Source: Phycisphaerales bacterium (GTDB lineage: Bacteria; Planctomycetota; Phycisphaerae; WQYP01). Taken from it: a stretch of 64,000 bases of DNA. This document shows, piece by piece, positions 29,723 through 37,593 of the stretch. The stretch spans positions 109,367 through 173,366 of the forward strand of contig DAIDJN010000041.1 in the NCBI GenBank assembly GCA_027451365.1, in the 5' to 3' direction. Position 1 is the first letter of the stretch. Every line of letters starts with the position of its first letter. The position numbers and the translations under genes were made by a program. The notes below the pieces were generated by a model, which did not search any database, was not told the DNA's origin, and saw only the letters and a program-made list of their open reading frames with translations.

Positions 29723-30628
29723 ATGCCTGAACCAATGCGGCAATCGGAAAGCGGGTCGGCCGTCCCGGCTATTTTATCTCCGACTGGTGATCACGCCGTG
29801 AAAACGCTTGAATCGCTGCACCGGTATATGTTGCTTGTCGCACAACATCTGGAGGAAAATGTGCACCGCATATCCATGCCGGCCCGCGGCCGGGAAGGGC
29901 CGCCTTTCGGCGAGACGCTGGACCGCATTATCCGCAAATGTGTTCATGACCTGCAATCCCTGACGCATTCCATGGCGGGAGAACTCGCGCAACGCGCGGC
30001 TCTTGAACAGCAGTTGCTGGCCACCCAGACCGTTGCCGAGCAATATCGGCAGATGGCCTTTCATGATCCGGTGACCGCGTTGCCCAACCGCATTCTGCTG
30101 CACGACCGGCTGGATATCGCCCTGGCCCAGGCCAGGCGACATAAACGTTCGTTTGCGGTTCTATTTATAGACATTGATAAATTCAAATATATAAATGATA
30201 CGTTCGGACATGCCGCCGGCGATACCATTCTGCGGCTGATTGCCGACAAGCTGCGGGGCTGTATGCGAACCGAGGACACCGTAAGCCGCGCCGGCGGGGA
30301 TGAATTTCTCTGCCTCCTGATGGAAGTCAAAAACCAAGACGCGGTAAAATCTGTCGCCGAGTGCATGTTCGCCCAAATCGCCCAGGCTGCGGGTACCGTT
30401 GGCTTTAATATCGCGGTGAAACTCAGTGTTGGCTGTGCCATGTGCCCGCTGGATGGCGTAACCCCCGAAATCCTTTTGCGAAACGCCGACAAGGCCATGT
30501 ACCGCGCTAAGAGGGCCGGGACAGGCCTGGCCTTTTGTGATGACCATGCCGCGGATATTGATAACACATGGAAGGACAACTCCATCTCTTCGTCAGCCAT
30601 GAGAATGCCCACAAGTTATCGCTGTTGA
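29723..30628 (+). CDS. Diguanylate cyclase (GGDEF) with N-terminal coiled coil
   Basis: AFHDPVTALPNR, FIDIDKFKYINDTFGHAAGD, RTED I-site five residues before GGDEF, ADKAMYRAK. Confidence 0.93.
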   Translation: MPEPMRQSESGSAVPAILSPTGDHAVKTLESLHRYMLLVAQHLEENVHRISMPARGREGPPFGETLDRIIRKCVHDLQSLTHSMAGELAQRAALEQQLLATQTVAEQYRQMAFHDPVTALPNRILLHDRLDIALAQARRHKRSFAVLFIDIDKFKYINDTFGHAAGDTILRLIADKLRGCMRTEDTVSRAGGDEFLCLLMEVKNQDAVKSVAECMFAQIAQAAGTVGFNIAVKLSVGCAMCPLDGVTPEILLRNADKAMYRAKRAGTGLAFCDDHAADIDNTWKDNSISSSAMRMPTSYRC

Positions 30629-30650
30629 AAAGCCGGGGCGCCCAAACTGC

Positions 30651-31802
30651 GGTCCTTAAACTGATGTGCGTAAGCTGACGTGCATAAACTGGGGGTCGGG
30701 CGTCTCGCCCGATATCGCAATTGAATAAGGAGACCTTAATTTGAGGTCCTTAAACTGATATGTTTAAACTGATATGTTTAAACTGATGTGTTGAAGCTGA
30801 TGTGCTTAAGCTGGGGGTCGGGCGTCTCGCCCGACATGTCATCCCCACCGGCGGCCAGGATGGCCGCCCCCCACGAAGACTGTTTACAATCCGCAAGCAA
30901 ATGGCGACAAGGCGCGCCACCAGATCGCCCTCACCCACGCCAAGATTTACCTCTCGCCCGATATCGCAATTGAATAATGAGACGTTAATTTGAGGACCTT
31001 AAACTGATGTGCCTAAGCGGATGTGTTTAAGCTGATGTTCTTAAGCTGATGTGTTTAAGCGGATGTGTTTAAATTGGGGGTCGTGCGTCTCGCCCGACAC
31101 GTCATCCTCACCGGCGGCCAGGATGGCCGCCCCCCACGAAGACTGTTTACAATCCGCAAGCAAATGGCGACAAGTCGCGCCACCAGATCGCCCTCACCCA
31201 CGCCAAGATGAAGTCTCGCCCGATATCGCAATTGAATAAGGAGACGTTAATTTGAGGTCCTTAAACTGATATGTCTAAACTGATGTGCGTAAACTGATAT
31301 GCTTAAACTGATGTGTTTAATCTGGGGGTCGGGCGTCTCGCCCGACACGTCATCCCCACCGGCGGCCAGGATGGCCGCCCCCCAGGAAGACTGTTTACAA
31401 TCCGCAAGCAAATGGCGACAAGTCGCGCCACCAGATCGACCTCACCCACGCCAAGATGTACATCTCGTCCGATATCGCAATTGAATAATGAGACGTTAAT
31501 TTGAGGTCCTTAAACTGATGTGCCTAAGCGGATGTGTTTAAGCTGATGTTCTTAAGCTGATGTGTTTAAGCTGATGTGCTTAAGCTGGGGGTCGGGCGTC
31601 TCGCCCGACATGTCATCCCCACCGGCGGCCAGGATGGCCGCCCCCCAGGAAGACTGTTTACAATCCGCAAGCAAATGGCGACAAGTCGCGCCACCAGATC
31701 GCCCTCACCCACGCCAAGATGGACACCTCGCCCGACATGTCATCCCCACCGGCGGCCAGGATGGCCGCCCCCCACGAAGACTGTTTACAATCCGCAAGCA
31801 AA
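30651..31802. repeat. Nested tandem repeat array: about 4 full 249/262-bp units plus partial flanking units, each with a REP-like hairpin pair and 4-5 copies of a 14-bp repeat
   Basis: 14-mer runs start at 30751, 31000, 31262 and 31511 (spacings 249/262/249); 14-mer consensus TAA(A/G)CTGAT(G/A)TG(T/C)(T/C); hairpins GTCGGGCG-TCT-CGCCCGAC and GGCGGCCA-GGA-TGGCCGCC. Confidence 0.95.
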
Positions 31803-31833
31803 GCGCGATAAAAAGCGTCATCGCGTCGCAAGT

Positions 31834-31860
31834 CGCCACTTTGACCCGGCCATTATGGCC
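31834..31860. promoter_or_regulatory. Candidate enhancer site, copy 3
   Basis: CGCCACTTTGACCCGGCCATTATGGCC: same 13+1+13 double-palindrome layout, 60 bp upstream of the -24 box at 31920. Confidence 0.5.
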
Positions 31861-31919
31861 CGGCCGTCAGGCGCGGCCCGCCGCTTAACAAAAAACGCCG
31901 CTTTGGCCCAAAAAATATG

Positions 31920-31935
31920 TGGCACATGAATTGCT
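31920..31935 (+). promoter_or_regulatory. Putative sigma54 promoter of the DUF3309 gene
   Basis: TGGCACATGAATTGCT, matches TGGCAC-N5-TTGCW consensus. Confidence 0.85.
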
Positions 31936-31998
31936 TAATATACTGGCGTGGTTTTAAATTGACCACGGGTGGGGAACAAAACTGAAAGGCGTGTACTC

Positions 31999-32163
31999 AT
32001 GGGTTTGATTTTGCTTGTTGTATTGGTCCTGATCATGCTTAGTGTGCTTCCCACGTGGGGTTACAGTCGTCAATGGGGTTATGGCCCGACTGGTGGTCTG
32101 GGTGTCATTCTTCTAATCGTCATTGTGCTGGTATTAATGGGTGTTATTCCCGGTAGATTTTAA
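31999..32163 (+). CDS. DUF3309 small membrane protein
   Basis: ILLVVLVLIMLSVLPTWGYSRQWGYGPTGGLGVILLIVIVLVLMG, the characteristic LPTW.YSR.WGYGP.GGLG motif. Confidence 0.9.
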   Translation: MGLILLVVLVLIMLSVLPTWGYSRQWGYGPTGGLGVILLIVIVLVLMGVIPGRF

Positions 32164-32436
32164 ATATCATCGCGCGTCGCCTTCAAGAAATAGCCGTATT
32201 TAGTGTCGGAACGCATTAAAAAGCGCGGAGTGTGGAACAAAATATTCCCGAGGTTTCTCTCATGCGGGCGGGCGGTGCACCCCGCGCACATGGGCTGGAT
32301 GTCGGCGAATTTCCCGGAAAATTGCCCGGTTTCAATTGGTCTGTCCAATAACGGGCGAATTTTCCAAAGTGGTTTGATGTGCGTGGCCTTCAGATTAATC
32401 TGACCTGCCGCGATATCAAATAGTATTTAAGGAGAC

Positions 32437-33231
32437 ATGAAAATGTTTCGTAAAAACATCACAACGTGGTTGTCCGCCGGAGCTGTCGCTTCGCTGGCCT
32501 TATCCGGCGCCGTTTCCGCGGTGCAGGCTCAGCCGGTTATTGAGTACAGCCTGAACAATGGCGCCACCTTCACCAGTCTGGCTAATCCCAGCGCCATCAA
32601 CACCATCGTGGATGGTTCGATCGGCGCATTTACCGTCACCAGTCTTTCGGCCCTGGCGGTGAACAACAGCAGTCTTGCTAATTTGAATCTCGGAATGGCC
32701 AGCATCAGTTTTGCCGCCACTCCTGGTTCAACCGTCAGCAATGTCAATATTCTGTTCCAGGCCAGCGCTACCGGATTCACTTATGATCCCGTCGGCGTGA
32801 ATTTCCTGGAATCAGCGGGTTCGGCCACCCTGCTTCATGTGGCGTCATCCACTGGCGATTCCCTTTCACTTAAGGGTGGGTCGGACACGGGTAATAATCT
32901 CTTTACCTTCACCACCACATCCAACCCGGTCGGGAGTCCGTTTGTATTCGCTGGTTCCACCTCTTCAGGAACCGAAAGTTCCAGTTTTGGAATTGACCCT
33001 GTGCCGAATCCAAGCATTAATTCCACGGGCTATTCGCTGACCACCACATTGGATTTTACCAGCTTTTACGTGGGTGATATTTATAACAATCCGTCATCCA
33101 CAGTCACCGTCTCCAATACCGAGCCGCTTTCGGCAGGCGCCGCGCCACTGCCCGCGACCGGTCTTCTGACCCTGGTGGGGGGAATCGCCATGATTGGCGG
33201 AGTGGCGATCCGTCGCCGCCTGAAGGTCTAA
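32437..33231 (+). CDS. Secreted Ser/Thr-rich surface protein with APLPA C-terminal sorting signal
   Basis: AAGGAG RBS; signal peptide ending VQA; tail APLPATGLLTLVGGIAMIGGVAIRRRLKV. Confidence 0.85.
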   Translation: MKMFRKNITTWLSAGAVASLALSGAVSAVQAQPVIEYSLNNGATFTSLANPSAINTIVDGSIGAFTVTSLSALAVNNSSLANLNLGMASISFAATPGSTVSNVNILFQASATGFTYDPVGVNFLESAGSATLLHVASSTGDSLSLKGGSDTGNNLFTFTTTSNPVGSPFVFAGSTSSGTESSSFGIDPVPNPSINSTGYSLTTTLDFTSFYVGDIYNNPSSTVTVSNTEPLSAGAAPLPATGLLTLVGGIAMIGGVAIRRRLKV

Positions 33232-33268
33232 GCCTCTTAGGCCCTGTTAAACAAACTGTCTCTTCCCC

Positions 33269-33307
33269 AAGGCGGGGTGGCCACTGTGGGGCTCCCCGCC
33301 TTTTTTT
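33269..33307 (+). terminator. Rho-independent terminator after 32437..33231
   Basis: GGCGGGG...CCCCGCC stem followed by T7. Confidence 0.8.
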
Positions 33308-33475
33308 CGCGCCGATAAAGCACTGCGCACTCTTGGTTCAGGAATCCCGGCTGAACGTCCGCAAAAATTGCGCCCCGCCAATAGCCGCCCGCAAACCGCC
33401 AACCCCATTCCAGGCTCAATTATGCAGACTGGCGTAAATTAAGGGTGGCCCGCGCGAAAAACGGCTCATGCGCAA

Positions 33476-33590
33476 ACCGGGTGTCGGGCGTCTGGCCCGA
33501 CGAATTGTTCCCACCGGCGGCCAGGATGGCCGCTCCCGTCAAGACTGTTTACAACCCGCAAGCAAATAATGACAAGACGCGCCACCAGCT
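33476..33590. repeat. Diverged solo copy of the array unit core (REP-like pair and downstream segment)
   Basis: GTCGGGCGTCTGGCCCGAC..CCACCGGCGGCCAGGATGGCCGC..AAGACTGTTTACAACCCGCAAGCAAAT..GACAAGACGCGCCACCAG; a further decayed copy follows at about 33657-33705. Confidence 0.85.
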
Positions 33591-33780
33591 CAACAGCGTT
33601 CACACATTAACCTACGCCTTCCCCGACGGTTGCAATTCAATTGGCCAGGCATCAACTCCGGCGGCTACGAATGGCCGCCCGTCAAGAATATTTGCCGTCA
33701 GCAAGTGGTTTGTGATATGACACGTCTGGTGATCAAACCCAGTGCGCTTTGCCATGAAATTGTTCAGTCAATAAGTCCGG

Positions 33781-35292
33781 TTATGCGGGGGAATGCGGCG
33801 TTCGGGAATCTGCGGCGGTGGCACGGTTTATATCCGTGCGAAGCAGCACCAACGAAGGTGTTTCCTGGCGTCCCAGCTTGCGCTGCAACGTTCGCACGCT
33901 GATGCCAATTGCGTGGGCCGCGCGCGTTTTATTATTGTGGTGCCGCTGCATGGCCGCTTGTATGGCCAATTGTTCAAGTTGCGCCAGTGTCAGAAGTGGC
34001 TCATCTTCGTTCGTGGAAATATAACTGGAAATTATCGTCGGCGGGACAACCGGTGCAAGGCCCCGCTGTGTCGGGGCTATCGCCAGCGCCCCGGATGCGT
34101 CTTGTATGGCCGGCGGCAGGTCCTTCAGACTGATGACCGTATTGTCGCGGTCTGACAGCACCATTGCGCGCTCTATCACGTTCAGCAGTTCTCTTACGTT
34201 TCCGGGCCAGTGATAGCGTTGCAGGGCCTCCATCGCCGGGATGGAGATGGAATCAATCGGTGTGGCGATATTCCGCAGATTCACATGCTCAATAAAATAG
34301 CGCACCAGCAGTGGTATATCATCAAGGCGAGCCCGCAGGGGCGGTACACGGATGGTGATGATGTTCAGGCGATAATATAAATCTTCACGAAATAAGCCTT
34401 CCCGTACCATATTTGGCAAATCTCGGCTCGTGGCCGCAATCACGCGCGTATTTACCTTGATCTCGCGATGGCCGCCCAGCGGGGTGACAATTCTATTTTC
34501 CAGAATTCGCAGAAGCTTCGCCTGAAGAGACAATGCGCAATCGCCAATCTCATCAATAAAAAGTGTGCCGCCGCTGGCCGCCTCAAACCGCCCGATTCGC
34601 GAACCGACCGATCCGGAAAAGGCCCCCTTGTCGTATCCGAATAATTCACTTTCCACCAGCGTTTCCGGCATGGCCGCACAGTTTAAAGCAATAAACGGTC
34701 CCGTTTTTCTCTGCGAATTCCGGTGAATGGCCTGCGCCACCAGGTCCTTACCTGTGCCCGATTCGCCAAGAATAAGGACTGTGCTGAACGCCCGTGAAGA
34801 CCGGGCAATCAAATCAAAAACATCCCGCATGAGCTGGGATTGACCAATGATATGGTCATTGACACCATCGCCAATTTCCGGCGTGGGGGGCTTCTGTTCG
34901 TTCTGGCACGCATGAATCAGGTCCATCAGGCGGGACAGCATCAGCTTTGCATCGGTTACATTTTGCAGATCATCAAATGTGCCCGTGTTAATGGTTTCAA
35001 TCAGGGATTTCACGGATTCGGTTTCATGAATAACCGGCAAAGGTGTGTTCGGAAAATAATTTCGCCAGTGCTTAATCAGGTCCAGACGCGATATGTCTCC
35101 GGATATAACCCCAGCCACAACGCAATCAATGCCCTCGCCCACAAAACTCAGCGCCTTTTCCGCGGAATCCGTGGTTTTGACAACATAACCCGCGTTGGTC
35201 AGCAACTGTTCCAGCGCGGCACGCTGGCTCGGATTGTCTTCAATCACCAGTATTTCATATTGATCAGTTTGATCACTTTTTTGAGAAGTCAT
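33781..35292 (-). CDS. Sigma54-dependent enhancer-binding activator (NtrC-like) with atypical receiver domain
   Basis: GESGTGKD, ESELFGYDKGAFSGS, TLFIDEI, FREDLYYRL, WPGNVREL; Fis-type HTH NKTRAAHAIGISVRTLQRKL; N-terminal receiver-like YEILVIEDN. Confidence 0.93.
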   Translation of the reverse strand: MTSQKSDQTDQYEILVIEDNPSQRAALEQLLTNAGYVVKTTDSAEKALSFVGEGIDCVVAGVISGDISRLDLIKHWRNYFPNTPLPVIHETESVKSLIETINTGTFDDLQNVTDAKLMLSRLMDLIHACQNEQKPPTPEIGDGVNDHIIGQSQLMRDVFDLIARSSRAFSTVLILGESGTGKDLVAQAIHRNSQRKTGPFIALNCAAMPETLVESELFGYDKGAFSGSVGSRIGRFEAASGGTLFIDEIGDCALSLQAKLLRILENRIVTPLGGHREIKVNTRVIAATSRDLPNMVREGLFREDLYYRLNIITIRVPPLRARLDDIPLLVRYFIEHVNLRNIATPIDSISIPAMEALQRYHWPGNVRELLNVIERAMVLSDRDNTVISLKDLPPAIQDASGALAIAPTQRGLAPVVPPTIISSYISTNEDEPLLTLAQLEQLAIQAAMQRHHNNKTRAAHAIGISVRTLQRKLGRQETPSLVLLRTDINRATAADSRTPHSPA

Positions 35293-35818
35293 TCCAATGG
35301 CTCCAAATCCGGACGCCAGCGCCCACTTATTTCCTGGGAGTCGGCCAACTGTGCCCCCCCATCGCAGAATTTGCCACCTGCCAGCCTGTTCTTAACCACA
35401 ACTAAGGATAGCGGTATGCGCCTGGTAAAGCAAACCAAAATCGGGCCAGTCCCATGCCGCTGCCGCGCGACCGCGGCCGCCAATGCGCATGACCTTGCGA
35501 GCCAAGCCAATCCCGTCCGCTCTGTCGTGCCCGATTCCCCTTCGTTGCTGACCGGGTCTGGTAAAGAAATTGTCGCCGTCCTGGCCGCCGGGCAGAAGGC
35601 ACGCGCATATGCAACTCACGCCGATGCGCTGGGCATGTTATTTGGCGAGGGGGCTTGAATCCGGCCTGGGGGAGGGTGGAGCGGAATCTGTGGTGCAGGA
35701 TTGACAGGATTGCCACGATAGCGTGAAGGCGGCCCATGTCCGACGGAAAAGGAATGCCCATGTTTAGGAACGCTTCAGCAAATGCGACCCCTGTTTTCGG
35801 CCCCTGGCCCGACCACCT

Positions 35819-36430
35819 TTAAATGCCTATGCCGACGACCACCATCGGTACCGCCGGACTGCTTCTCCCCTGACGAATAAGATCGTAAAGGCCGCCTTCG
35901 TAATATCCGACGCCCGAGGACATCTGTGATTGAAAGTGTTTTATTGGAAGTATTTCGATGCCTACATCAATGACGTCGCCCACGAAAAAAGCCATATGCT
36001 TTACAAACATGTCGTAAGCCACAAAAGAATATTTGCCAAATTGTATTTCCAGGGCGATGCGATCCTTCACGAAATCGGTCTGATTGTAGGATTTAATAGG
36101 TGTTTTGCTGGCCTTCTCGATCTCGTGTTTTTGCTGATCCGGCTGTAAAGTCAACGTCCGGCGAATAAGCTGATGATCAGATGTGACCCAATAATAAGTG
36201 CGGGATTCCTTCCAGCCAAGCGGGCCGAGTGCTCTTGTAAAAGCGCTGTTCATGGCGACGGGGCTGTAAAGCGTTCGCCCTCTCATGGTTTTCTCACGGG
36301 AGATTTTCGTACGGCATTTCTCGGCGTCAATACCTTCGATGACCTCTTCAACTTCTTTCCACAATTCCGGTTTGTGAACCAAGATATGTTCATGACCGTT
36401 AAGATGCGAATAAAGCGCGTGAATCTTCAC
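35819..36430 (-). CDS. Type II restriction endonuclease, BglII/BstYI family
   Basis: KISREKT..G..LYSP..MN, NQTDFVKDRIALEIQFGKYSFVAYD, DVGIEILP; GTGA overlap with the methylase stop. Confidence 0.85.
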   Translation of the reverse strand: MKIHALYSHLNGHEHILVHKPELWKEVEEVIEGIDAEKCRTKISREKTMRGRTLYSPVAMNSAFTRALGPLGWKESRTYYWVTSDHQLIRRTLTLQPDQQKHEIEKASKTPIKSYNQTDFVKDRIALEIQFGKYSFVAYDMFVKHMAFFVGDVIDVGIEILPIKHFQSQMSSGVGYYEGGLYDLIRQGRSSPAVPMVVVGIGI

Positions 36431-37320
36431 GATTGGCCCCCGCTGGGCAAGGTGGGGTCGTAAATCGGCCTGTCCATCGGACGAGTTTTAAGCAGACCGG
36501 CACGCAGAGACTCAACGCGGTTCTGGGCAATTTGAACATAACGCGGATCAATATCGCACCCCACGCCATCGCGGCCGTTTTTAATTGCCGCTATTACGCT
36601 GGTTCCCGCGCCCATATAAGGGTCGAAGACCGTTTGGCCCGCCCTGGTCATGGAAAGCACCAATCGTTCCACCAGTTCAACCGGAAATTGGCACGGGTGT
36701 GCGGTTTTTTCCACATGGTTTGCCTTTACATTTGGTATCAACCACACATCTCCCGGATTTTTACCCAACGGATTGCAGGAGAACTGCCCGGCCCGCGGAC
36801 CTTTGAAATATTTCTTTCCCGGATATTTCGACGGTACCCGAATCGGATCCAGATCGAATACATAATCATCCGATTTGGTGAACCACAGGATCACTTCGTA
36901 GCGTCCGGAAAATCGCTTGGTGCAATGCAATCCGTGCGCAAAATGCCAGACAATGCGATTTCGCAGCATCAGGCCATGTTTTTTGAAAATTGGGTATAGC
37001 ACAACGTCCAGCGGAACAACTTCGCGTTCCAGACTGATGTGATTGCCGACCTGCCAGCAAATTGAGCCATTCGGACGCAGGAGGCGAACGCATTCCGCGA
37101 TAACTTGTTCCTGCGATTGAATATAGCCGCCCAGACTGTTGCGCCGCTCATATTCTTTGCCAATATTATACGGTGGTGAGGTAATGATTAACTGTGCCAG
37201 GGCATCGGGCAGAGTCGCCATAAATTTAAGGTTATCCTGACAGGCGATGGTTGCGTCGCCTAATTTCAGGGAATCGGCGGAGGGGTTATGGTCGTACGAA
37301 GAGAAGAGTGTAGGCGTCAT
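36427..37320 (-). CDS. Site-specific DNA methyltransferase (N4-C/N6-A, beta class)
   Basis: ITSPPYNIGK before HPCQFP and DPYMGAGTS (catalytic motif precedes SAM motif). Confidence 0.92.
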   Translation of the reverse strand: MTPTLFSSYDHNPSADSLKLGDATIACQDNLKFMATLPDALAQLIITSPPYNIGKEYERRNSLGGYIQSQEQVIAECVRLLRPNGSICWQVGNHISLEREVVPLDVVLYPIFKKHGLMLRNRIVWHFAHGLHCTKRFSGRYEVILWFTKSDDYVFDLDPIRVPSKYPGKKYFKGPRAGQFSCNPLGKNPGDVWLIPNVKANHVEKTAHPCQFPVELVERLVLSMTRAGQTVFDPYMGAGTSVIAAIKNGRDGVGCDIDPRYVQIAQNRVESLRAGLLKTRPMDRPIYDPTLPSGGQS

Positions 37321-37593
37321 AATACGAACCGCTCCATTGTATGACTTGATTGAAATATACCATAGAGGACCAATTTTCGCACCAGTCGCTGATTTTCCGC
37401 GGACCGGCAAGAAATTATATGCAAACGTCAGGCGACGCGCTGCGAAAAGAGAAGCAATGCCCGATACATCAAAGGGCAGGCTGATTTATAAGTCCGCCGC
37501 CAGTGGCCGCTCCAGAAATTGCACAAGCCGGGTCGTATGGCAAATAAGAGGCTGCCGCGCAAAACGGCTGATCAAATCGCCGCAGGCGTCAAA

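Noticed and set aside
30850..30868. CAGGATG hairpin loops in the array as CsrA-binding sites
   Set aside because: Only one per ~250 bp, and the covarying partner hairpin has a different loop; a REP-type explanation is simpler
30651..31802. CRISPR array interpretation of the repeat region
   Set aside because: The sequences between repeats are themselves near-identical, there are no unique ~30-40 bp spacers, and no cas genes are in the window
30788..31929. Repeated 61-117 aa ORFs (..MCLSWGSGVSPD.. and ..LGVGRLARH..) as protein genes
   Set aside because: They follow from the DNA repeat: differences between copies are mostly non-synonymous and include a frameshift, and two frames are equally open
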